Shown: positions 1-8,002 of the stretch, one piece after another
Layout of the letters: every line of letters begins with the position of its first letter
Position numbering within the stretch: the first letter of the stretch is position 1
Assembly (NCBI GenBank): GCA_934141535.1
Contig: CAKPCH010000001.1
Coordinates: forward strand, 79,341 to 143,340
DNA from: an uncultured Bacilli bacterium
GTDB taxonomy: Bacteria > Bacillota_I > Bacilli_A > RF39 > UBA660
DNA length: 64,000 nucleotides
Direction: 5' to 3'
Position numbers and translations under genes: made by a program
Notes under the pieces: model-generated
Told to the model about the DNA's origin: nothing
Databases searched by the model: none
Seen by the model: only the letters and a program-made list of their open reading frames with translations

Positions 1-716
1 AAGAAAAATATTAAATCTTTATTTTTAAATCTAACTCCACTACCTCCTACACTACCATGTAGAGTTTGAATCCATTTATTTGTTCTAATACTATAAACAA
101 CAAGTCCTTCACCTATTAAGAATGATTGAACATCTAATCTAGAGAAAGCATCAAAATATCCTTTAACTTTTTTACCTGATTGATTATAAGCAACATATTC
201 CCAAGTAACTCTTTTACCCTTGTTTTCATTCTCATCTTCATCACTAAAGTCAACTAACATAGTATTAGTATCAAATGCTTTCTTGTTTCTTATATTCTTA
301 ACAAGAGCAGCTCTATCTATTCTTTTTTTAATTGATTTTGGAATATTAACAAAAAGCGTTAAGAATGAGTTAATATAATCTCCTAATTTTTTCTTTTTAA
401 TTTTTATATTTTCATTCTTATAATTTTCAGTATTTATAGTAATATTTTTTTGTTTATTCTTTTTCTCTTTTAAGTCTTCTTTTTCTTTTAGTTTTTGGCT
501 CTCTTTTCTTAGTTTTTCTACATCAAGTTCTTTTGGTTTAAATAGTTTTAATATAAAAATTATAAGTGCCATAAATGGCCAAATAATTCCATAAAAAATA
601 TATTTTATTACATGATATACATACACTGATATTTTAGTAAATATATAAACGAAGCCAGTAGCTATATTTGATATAAAACTTAATATATTATCTAGTATTT
701 TCTTTATTAAATTCAT
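1..716 (-). CDS. hypothetical membrane protein; 5' part only, continues beyond the window start. It has an N-terminal TM segment and a K/E-rich linker.
   Basis: ATG is the reverse complement of cat at 714-716. The open frame runs to position 1 with no stop. Translation MNLIKKILDNILSFISNIATGFVYIF... shows a hydrophobic N-terminus. The upstream spacer is AT-rich. Confidence 0.4.
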   Translation of the reverse strand, partial: MNLIKKILDNILSFISNIATGFVYIFTKISVYVYHVIKYIFYGIIWPFMALIIFILKLFKPKELDVEKLRKESQKLKEKEDLKEKKNKQKNITINTENYKNENIKIKKKKLGDYINSFLTLFVNIPKSIKKRIDRAALVKNIRNKKAFDTNTMLVDFSDEDENENKGKRVTWEYVAYNQSGKKVKGYFDAFSRLDVQSFLIGEGLVVYSIRTNKWIQTLHGSVGGSGVRFKNKDLIFF

Positions 717-831
717 ATAAATACCTACTCCTCTTTATTCTATACAAATAAATTATAACATATTTTTATTAAATATAAAACTTTTTTTATTAAATTCATA
801 TAATATTTTAGAAAGTATATGGGAGGATATC

Positions 832-1233
832 ATGAATTATTATAACCCTTATTTCTATAATATACCAAGTATGGCTGGTAATGTAGGAAAAGTAGGATTA
901 TTTTCTAGATTATTTGGATCTAGCGGTATTACTTTAGGTGGAATTTTAAATGGGACACAAAAAGCACTTAACTTTGCTAATCAAGCTATTCCATTTGTAA
1001 AGCAAGTAAAACCCATGATTGGTAATGCCAAGACTATGTTTAAAGTTATGAATGAATTTAAGAAAACTGAAAGAGGAAAAAATACTACTGTTAATACTAG
1101 TAATACCAGCAATTTAAATACTAACACTAATACTAATTCTTATGTAAATAGAAGTTCTAATAATGAATCAAATGAAATTACTAGTCAAAATTATCAAAAA
1201 GAATACGAAGATGGTCCTACATTTTTCATGTAA
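832..1233 (+). CDS. small hypothetical protein with an Asn/Thr/Ser-rich C-terminal tail
   Basis: Strong RBS gggagga sits 7 nt before the ATG. The 133-codon ORF is followed by a hairpin and T-run. The product has a low-complexity tail NTSNTSNLNTNTNTNSYVNRSSNNESN. Confidence 0.45.
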   Translation: MNYYNPYFYNIPSMAGNVGKVGLFSRLFGSSGITLGGILNGTQKALNFANQAIPFVKQVKPMIGNAKTMFKVMNEFKKTERGKNTTVNTSNTSNLNTNTNTNSYVNRSSNNESNEITSQNYQKEYEDGPTFFM

Positions 1234-1268
1234 AAAAGTTGATTTATTTATGATCAACTTTTTTTATT
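1234..1268. terminator. bidirectional rho-independent terminator shared by the 832-1233 ORF and tdk
   Basis: 10-bp perfect stem aaaagttgat / atcaactttt at 1234-1243 and 1253-1262, with a 9-nt loop, then ttttt. The hairpin overlaps the tdk stop codon. Confidence 0.5.
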
Positions 1269-1837
1269 TTATATTTTAAAACTTTACTAACATAGCACTC
1301 ACCACATAATGGTTTATATGTAGCATCTATTCCATCGATTGCTACTTCTTTACCAGTAAATACAAATTCACCATTCTCTACTCTAGCATTAAATTTTGCC
1401 TTCTTACCACATGCACATATTGTAGCTAATTCTTCTATTTCATCCGCTTTTTCTAGTAGTGCTTTAGAACCTTCAAAAAGTTCTCCCTTAAAATTTGTTT
1501 TAAGTCCATAACATATTACTGGTACATCATATATTTTTGATATTAACCATAATTCATATATTTGACTCTCATTTAAAAATTGTACTTCATCTACTATTAT
1601 ACAAGTAATATCCTTTATATCTAATTTATTAGATACTAAATCCTGTGGTCCTAATAAAAGATCAACTTTTCTACTAATTCCTAATCTTGATACAACAGTA
1701 TCATCACCTTTTTTATCTATTAATGGTTTAATTAAAAATGGATGCATACCATTTATTTCATAATTGTGCGCTACTTGAAGAAGTGCTGTTGTTTTACCAC
1801 AAGTCATAGCGCCATATCTAAAATACATTTTTGCCAT
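1244..1837 (-). CDS. tdk: thymidine kinase
   Basis: P-loop YGAMTCGKTTALL, a C-terminal zinc-ribbon cysteine cluster (CACGK...CGEC), and a length of 197 aa are typical of Tdk. Confidence 0.9.
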   Translation of the reverse strand: MAKMYFRYGAMTCGKTTALLQVAHNYEINGMHPFLIKPLIDKKGDDTVVSRLGISRKVDLLLGPQDLVSNKLDIKDITCIIVDEVQFLNESQIYELWLISKIYDVPVICYGLKTNFKGELFEGSKALLEKADEIEELATICACGKKAKFNARVENGEFVFTGKEVAIDGIDATYKPLCGECYVSKVLKYKIKKVDHK

Positions 1838-1839
1838 AA

Positions 1840-2754
1840 TTACCTCCTAGCTCTTGGAAAACTTTTTAAATATATATTTCTAATTTTTTCATTTGTAAGA
1901 TGAGTATAAATTTGAGTAGTAGAAAGATTTTCATGTCCTAATAATTCTTGAACACTTCTAAGATCAGCACCATCTATTAACATATGTGTAGCAAACGTAT
2001 GCCTTAATACATGGGGTGATATTTTCATATCTATATTTGCTATAACAGCAGCATCATCTATTACTTTTCTTATTTCTCTATCACTTATTTTTTTACCAGT
2101 CTTACTTAATAATAAATAATTTAAATTATTAACATTTAATTTATTATAAGATTCTTTTAAATATAAATTAATTAAATTTAAACATCTATCTCCAAAATAC
2201 ACTATTCTTTCTTTATTACCTTTTCCAACTATCTTTATAGTTTTACCAGATATATCATTTAATTTAATATTTACTAATTCACTAACACGTATACCAGTAG
2301 AATATAAAAGTTCTAAAATTAATGAATTTCTAATACCTATATAATCATTAGAATAAGCATTTAATAACTTTTCAGTATCTTCAAAATTTAAATATTTTGG
2401 AAGCCTTTTTTCTAATTTAGGGTTTGATACTAAAACCATAGGATTATTATCTATTATATTATTTACTTTTAAATATTTAAAAAAACTTCTAAGAGAACTT
2501 ATATGTCTAGAAATAGTCCTATTGTTATAATCTAAATCATATAAATAATTTACATAAAGTCTTATATCTTGATATTCAACTGAATTAAAACTTTTTATAT
2601 TATTCTCATTTAAATACTGAAGAAATAAATCTAAATCACTTAAATATCCTTCATAAGTTAAATTAGAATAGTTTTTTTCATATTTAAGTTCATCTATAAA
2701 TTTTAATATATATTCTTTCATAACATCACAACTTAATTGTAGCACATTTCTCAT
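1840..2754 (-). CDS. site-specific tyrosine recombinase of the XerC/XerD family
   Basis: C-terminal catalytic motif ...HVLRHTFATHMLIDGADLRSVQELLGHENLSTTQIYTHL with R, H-x-x-R and Y. Length ~300 aa. Confidence 0.85.
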   Translation of the reverse strand: MRNVLQLSCDVMKEYILKFIDELKYEKNYSNLTYEGYLSDLDLFLQYLNENNIKSFNSVEYQDIRLYVNYLYDLDYNNRTISRHISSLRSFFKYLKVNNIIDNNPMVLVSNPKLEKRLPKYLNFEDTEKLLNAYSNDYIGIRNSLILELLYSTGIRVSELVNIKLNDISGKTIKIVGKGNKERIVYFGDRCLNLINLYLKESYNKLNVNNLNYLLLSKTGKKISDREIRKVIDDAAVIANIDMKISPHVLRHTFATHMLIDGADLRSVQELLGHENLSTTQIYTHLTNEKIRNIYLKSFPRARR

Positions 2755-2776
2755 TTTAAAGTAAACAAAAAGGAGA

Positions 2777-4018
2777 TTAATTATTTAAATCTCCTACTCC
2801 TGATGTAAATGAATTAACTAAATCATTAAATTTTAATAAATTGTTTGCTAAATCATTTTTATCAGATTCATATTTCATTTTATCAAGACTAAGTTGATTT
2901 CTCTCTTCATCAAGAGAATCTTTTTGTGCTCTTAAAGTATCTTCAATATGACTTAATTCTTCTCTTCTTTCATCATATGCAGATTGTACTTCTTTCTTTA
3001 TAGAATTAATTCTTTCTTGTTCTTCATTCTTATATTTTTCAAAATCTGCTTTTTCTTTTTCTAATGTTGCCTGTAAAGTTTTTAATGTACTAAGTCTTTT
3101 TTCAATTTCTTCTTTTTTCTCAGTTAATTTATTTAAAACTTCCTCTTTATATTTATTTATTTCATCAAATTGATTTTTTTTAGAATTTTCTATTTCTGAT
3201 TGTAATTTTTTTAATTCATTAAATCTAGAATCTATTTTATCTTTCATTTCAGTATTTTTTCTAAATATATCAGAAGCATCTTTTACATTTAAGTTAACTT
3301 TATCAAATAACTCATTTATGTCTGTACTTTCAAGTTTTTGTTCTTTATACTCAGTTAATTTATTTAATTCTTCTATTGGAGTATTAGACATTACAATTTT
3401 TGGTTCTTCTTTTATAATTGGTTCTTCAACCTTAGGTTCTTCTACTTTTACCTCTTTTATTTCAGGAACTTCTTTTTTTACTGGTTCTTCTTTTGGTTTC
3501 TCTGGTACTATAGGTGCTTCATTTACAACAGTTTGTTCTATTCTAAATGGATTATCTACAATCTCCTTTGCTTCTTCCTTAACCTCTTCTTTAACTGGAA
3601 TATGAGGAACTGGTTTTAATACTTCATTTACTAAAGATTCTTGAGTTTCGTTATTTAAAGTATTATTTATAGACTTATTTACTGGCTCATCATATTTTAC
3701 TTCATTATTTATTAAACCAAATGAATTATTATTTAAATCAACTACACTATCATCCTTAAAATCAGGATTATATAAATCATTTGTATATTCTATATTACCA
3801 AAAGGATTAAAGTTTGGATCAAAGCCATTATTATTAAAATTATTTGTATTATCACTAGTAGTATTTACTTCATTACCACTATTATCTGTTCCAAATAAAT
3901 CTTCATTTTCATAATTACTTTCACCAAGTCCACTTATAGTATCATACTTAAATCCATCACTAGCAACTTCTTCACTAGGTCCAAATCCATAAACTTCTGT
4001 ATCAAATTGATTTTTCAT
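2777..4018 (-). CDS. Lys/Glu-rich coiled-coil protein with an N-terminal N/D/F-rich low-complexity region and KEEP/VKEE-type imperfect repeats
   Basis: 413-aa ORF. The heptad-like K/E-rich C-terminal half is consistent with coiled coil. Repeats include EKPKEEPVKKEVPEIKEVKVEEPKVEEPIIKEEPKIV. Confidence 0.5.
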   Translation of the reverse strand: MKNQFDTEVYGFGPSEEVASDGFKYDTISGLGESNYENEDLFGTDNSGNEVNTTSDNTNNFNNNGFDPNFNPFGNIEYTNDLYNPDFKDDSVVDLNNNSFGLINNEVKYDEPVNKSINNTLNNETQESLVNEVLKPVPHIPVKEEVKEEAKEIVDNPFRIEQTVVNEAPIVPEKPKEEPVKKEVPEIKEVKVEEPKVEEPIIKEEPKIVMSNTPIEELNKLTEYKEQKLESTDINELFDKVNLNVKDASDIFRKNTEMKDKIDSRFNELKKLQSEIENSKKNQFDEINKYKEEVLNKLTEKKEEIEKRLSTLKTLQATLEKEKADFEKYKNEEQERINSIKKEVQSAYDERREELSHIEDTLRAQKDSLDEERNQLSLDKMKYESDKNDLANNLLKFNDLVNSFTSGVGDLNN

Positions 4019-4030
4019 TATAACACCTCT

Positions 4031-4663
4031 TTATTCTTTATTACTTTCTAATATTGGTTTAAAATTTGAATTAAATTGATTAATTATTAATTTAAATTTA
4101 TCATATTTATCTTCTAAATTTTTGTTTTCCAATTCTATTCTTCTATTCTCTAATTCTTTATATTGTTCAAAGTCTTTCTTTTCAGATTCAAGTATTTCAT
4201 TAGAACGTTTTATTTGTTGAAGTTCTAAAGCCTTATATTCATCAAATCTTTGTTTCTCTTCTTCTATTTTATTCTTTTTAATTTCTATTTCTTTTTTATT
4301 TAATTCCAACTCTTCTAAAGCATTATCCATATTCTTTTGAAAATTAGCTTCAGCTATAGAAAGTTGATTTTTTTGAGTAGTTATATAATCATCAAGCTCT
4401 TTTTCTCTTCTTTTTATGTCTGACATTTGTTCATTCATATAATTTTGAAATTCTTGTTTAGCTCTATCTAGTCTTTGCTTTTCTTCTTGTATAGATAAAT
4501 TTTCGCTAACATTAGCTTTTTTCTCTCTTACTAAATCAGCAATATAATTATTAACAGTATTAACATTATTTGATAAATTATCAAATAAACTATCTATTTC
4601 TTTATATTTATCTTCTTTAGTATTTGACTCTGTAAATAAAATTTCATCATTCACAAAAATCAC
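4031..4663 (-). CDS. coiled-coil protein (K/E/Q-rich), function unknown
   Basis: 210-aa ORF that is almost entirely heptad-like charged sequence. It sits directly upstream of the preceding coiled-coil gene. Confidence 0.5.
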   Translation of the reverse strand: MIFVNDEILFTESNTKEDKYKEIDSLFDNLSNNVNTVNNYIADLVREKKANVSENLSIQEEKQRLDRAKQEFQNYMNEQMSDIKRREKELDDYITTQKNQLSIAEANFQKNMDNALEELELNKKEIEIKKNKIEEEKQRFDEYKALELQQIKRSNEILESEKKDFEQYKELENRRIELENKNLEDKYDKFKLIINQFNSNFKPILESNKE

Positions 4664-4730
4664 CCTTTTATCTTTCTACTCTTTTAACATATAAATTGTA
4701 TCATTTTTTTTTATAAAAATCAATACAGTC

Positions 4731-6896
4731 TTATATTTTTCTAGGATTTAAATCAACATCTAAATTTACTTTATTATTACTCTTCATTTTATTTACTATA
4801 AATTGTAATTCTTTATAAACTTGATTTATATTTTTATATTTTAATATTATCTGCATATAATACTTATTATATATCTTAGGAATATTACATAAACTTGGTC
4901 CTAATATTGTTACATTACTAGTATTAGATTTTAAGTGCTGTACTATTTTTAAAGATTCTTCATTTAACATATTATAATCTATTGAAGATAATTTAATTAA
5001 ACAAAGATTATAATATGGAGGATAATTTAATTTTTTTCTAATTTTCATTTCTTCATTATAAAATCCTATATAATCATGATTTTTAGCAGATATTATACTA
5101 TAATGATCTTTATTAAAACATTGTATTATTACTCTTCCTTCTTTTTTAGATCTACCTGATCTTCCTGATACTTGATTTAAAAGATCAAAAGTACGTTCTC
5201 CACTTCTAAAATCTGGAATATTTAAAGTAGCATCTCCATTAACTACACCTACTAATGTTACATCACCAAAATCAAGTCCTTTAGCTATCATTTGTGTACC
5301 TATTAAAATATTATATTTTTTATTTTTAAAATCATTTATAATTCTTTCATGACTTCCTTTTGTTCTTGTTGTATCAATATCCATTCTAACTACTTTAGCC
5401 TTAGTAAATAATCTACTTACTTCTTCCTCTAATTTCTCTGTACCTAATCCTAAAGAACTTATATTAGATGATTTACAAGATGGACAACATTTAGGTTTAT
5501 ATGTCGTATAATTACAATAATGACAATTTAATTTATTTCCGTTTTTATGATAAGTTAAAGGTATATCACAATTTGGACATTTAAACACTTCACCACACTC
5601 TTTACAAGTTATAGTAGTTGAATAACCTCTTCTATTTAAAAGTAATATAACCTGTTCATCTTTATCAAGTCTATCATTAATTAAATCAATTAATTTACCT
5701 GACAATATTCTATTACCCTTTTTTATTTCATCTTTCATATCTACTATATCAATTAAAGGTAAAGTCTTATTAACCCTATTAGGAAGTTCTAAAAGTTCAT
5801 ATACACCAACACGAGCTCTTGTAAAACTTTCAATAGATGGTGTCGCACTACCAAATATTACAGGACAATTATAAGTACGTGCTCTTTTTAAAGCTATATC
5901 TATAGTATCATATCTAGGATTATTATCTTGTTTATAAGTATCTGAATGTTCTTCATCAAGTATTATTAATCCTATATTAGTAAGGGGCGCAAAAATCGCA
6001 CTTCTCGCACCTATTACAATACTTACTTCTTTTCTTAATATCTTTCTATATTCATCATACTTTTCTCCATCAGATAAACCACTATGCAATATAGCTATTG
6101 TACTTTTAAATCTAGATTTAAATATATTAACCATTTGTGGAGTTAAACTAATCTCTGGTACAAGAACAATAACTTCCTTACCTAACTTTAAAACAGAATC
6201 AATAATATGCATATAAACTTCAGTCTTACCACTACCAGTAACACCAAATAATAAAAATGGTTTAAATATATTTAAGTTACCACATACCCTATTAACTACA
6301 TTACTTTGTTCTTCATTTAAAATAACCTTTTTATCTTCACCATAATTATTATCATTTAATCTATAAGTCTCTTCTAATATAACCTTAACAACATTATTCT
6401 TTATTAAAGTATTTAAACTACCAATAGATATCTTAGATAATTCACTCTTTAATACATCACCATTACTTAATCTATCTATAATCTCTTTTTGATTATCATT
6501 CTTAGGTATATATGTATTATCAACTAAACTAATATAAGAAATATACTTTTTATTAACATTAAAATCTTTATGAGCCTTTAAAGCAGCAGGTAACATAGTT
6601 TGATAAGCACTTATTAAATTACACAAAGTCTTAGAACTTATATATTTACCAAGCTCTAACATTTCTTCATTTAATACAGGCTCTTCATCAATTACATCTA
6701 TTATACTTTTTACAGCATAATCAATATTATTATTAGTATTTATACCTAATATAAAGCCTTCTAATTTTTGCTTTCCAAAAGGCACTAATACTCTTTTACC
6801 TATTTTAATTTTATCTATTAAATCTTTATTAACTAAATAAGTAAAAGTCTTATCTATTTGTTTTGCTTTAAGTTCAACTAATACATCTATATACAT
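4731..6896 (-). CDS. priA: primosomal protein N' (replication restart helicase PriA)
   Basis: N-terminus MYIDVLVELK...RVLVPFGKQKLEGFILG, Walker A GVTGSGKTEVYM, DEEH box, and a Cys-rich zinc-binding insert (CKECG...CPNCD...CHYCN...CPSCK). The ORF track begins 17 codons upstream at 6947; an internal Met at 6896 matches the PriA N-terminus. Confidence 0.9.
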   Translation of the reverse strand: MYIDVLVELKAKQIDKTFTYLVNKDLIDKIKIGKRVLVPFGKQKLEGFILGINTNNNIDYAVKSIIDVIDEEPVLNEEMLELGKYISSKTLCNLISAYQTMLPAALKAHKDFNVNKKYISYISLVDNTYIPKNDNQKEIIDRLSNGDVLKSELSKISIGSLNTLIKNNVVKVILEETYRLNDNNYGEDKKVILNEEQSNVVNRVCGNLNIFKPFLLFGVTGSGKTEVYMHIIDSVLKLGKEVIVLVPEISLTPQMVNIFKSRFKSTIAILHSGLSDGEKYDEYRKILRKEVSIVIGARSAIFAPLTNIGLIILDEEHSDTYKQDNNPRYDTIDIALKRARTYNCPVIFGSATPSIESFTRARVGVYELLELPNRVNKTLPLIDIVDMKDEIKKGNRILSGKLIDLINDRLDKDEQVILLLNRRGYSTTITCKECGEVFKCPNCDIPLTYHKNGNKLNCHYCNYTTYKPKCCPSCKSSNISSLGLGTEKLEEEVSRLFTKAKVVRMDIDTTRTKGSHERIINDFKNKKYNILIGTQMIAKGLDFGDVTLVGVVNGDATLNIPDFRSGERTFDLLNQVSGRSGRSKKEGRVIIQCFNKDHYSIISAKNHDYIGFYNEEMKIRKKLNYPPYYNLCLIKLSSIDYNMLNEESLKIVQHLKSNTSNVTILGPSLCNIPKIYNKYYMQIILKYKNINQVYKELQFIVNKMKSNNKVNLDVDLNPRKI

Positions 6897-6959
6897 ATAT
6901 TTCACCATAATTATTATACTATATATTAATTTTTTAATAAACATCATTAATAAAAAAAG

Positions 6960-7713
6960 AACAAAATGTTCTTTTAAATGGTTCTATAATAAATATTAAA
7001 GATGAAAATATAAAATTTTATGAAAATTGTTTAGAAAATGTTAATATTAATGGAATTGATACTAAAATTTTTAAAGGTTATCTTAATTATAAACCATTTT
7101 ATTGTCCTAATTGTGGCGTTATTAATGAATCTAGTGATGATATTATTAAATGGGATTGGAAACTTAATTGTAAAGTTATTTTACCTAAAATTTTTAATTA
7201 TAATACTATCCTTATGTTAGATAAATAAAGATTTTATTGTAAACATTGCCACTGTACTTTTATTGCTGAATCTAATGAAATTAATAAGTACTGTAATATT
7301 TCTAATAATACTAAACTTTCTATTAATCTTGATTTAATGAATAAGATTAGTGAAAAAGATATTGCTTTTAGAAACAAAGATATTGATTTATTTATTAAAA
7401 TTATTTCTTCTAAACATAATAATATTTCAGATTATATGAAAACTACTCTTAAAACTTATAATGAATTTAAACCATTTATTATTAATTCGCTTAAATTTGA
7501 ATATAACAACGGACTTATTGAAGGAACAAATAACTTAATTAAATATATTAAAAGAATTGCTTCGATTTTAAATCTTTTTATCATTTCAAAATTAGAATTT
7601 TACTTATTATTGGTATTTATAAATATGCATAATAAAAAGGAAGTCCGAAGACCTCCTATCAATCTCATTTATCATTAGTTTTTGGTTCCGCCAACACTAT
7701 TTGACAAAGAGCC
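6960..7713 (+). mobile_element. ISL3-family insertion sequence remnant. The transposase is truncated and internally deleted, the right inverted repeat is present, and the left end is missing.
   Basis: Frame-2 translation gives an ISL3 transposase N-terminal zinc finger (KPFYCPNCG ... FYCKHCHC). This is followed almost directly by the ISL3 C-terminal signature FEYNNGLIEGTNNLIKYIKR. An in-frame TAA lies at 7226-7228. The terminal inverted repeat ggctctttgtcaaatagtgttggc is the reverse complement of 7690-7713. Confidence 0.65.
6962..7678 (+). pseudogene. ISL3-family transposase pseudogene: no start codon, an in-frame stop at 7226, and the DDE catalytic domain deleted
   Basis: Only ~235 codons remain of a family normally ~430 aa. 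The zinc-finger N-terminus and the extreme C-terminus are joined with the DDE core absent. Confidence 0.6.
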
Positions 7714-8002
7714 TGTTATCTACCCACTAAAATGTCTTAATGGTTAATTTTTACTCCCCACTGAATTATCTAGAGCCAATTTTATTTGCTCAAAGTGACT
7801 TCCCTCTTTCAAAAAAATCTAGTCACTAGTATTTTTTGTTTACAACAAAACATTCCACTGGAATATTTTGTTACTTGTTATTCTCACTTTATTTGTCTTT
7901 ATATTTTTATTATTTTTTCTATTATTTTAAATCCTATATCGTTTATTATATTATTTCTTCTATTGTTATTTATTCTTAATTTTTATTCTTTCTTTATAAC
8001 TC

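Noticed and set aside
3318-3605. 95-aa plus-strand ORF inside the coiled-coil gene
   Set aside because: It is antisense to a long, well-supported ORF, and its product is low-complexity Ser/Phe/Gly. This is typical of reading the complement of a K/E-rich repeat.
7038-7220. 60-aa ORF within the IS remnant and the 82-aa ORF at 7786-8034
   Set aside because: The first is in a different frame from the recognisable transposase remnant. The second lies in AT-rich non-coding DNA and overlaps the 3' end of the 8003-10717 gene. Neither has conserved features.
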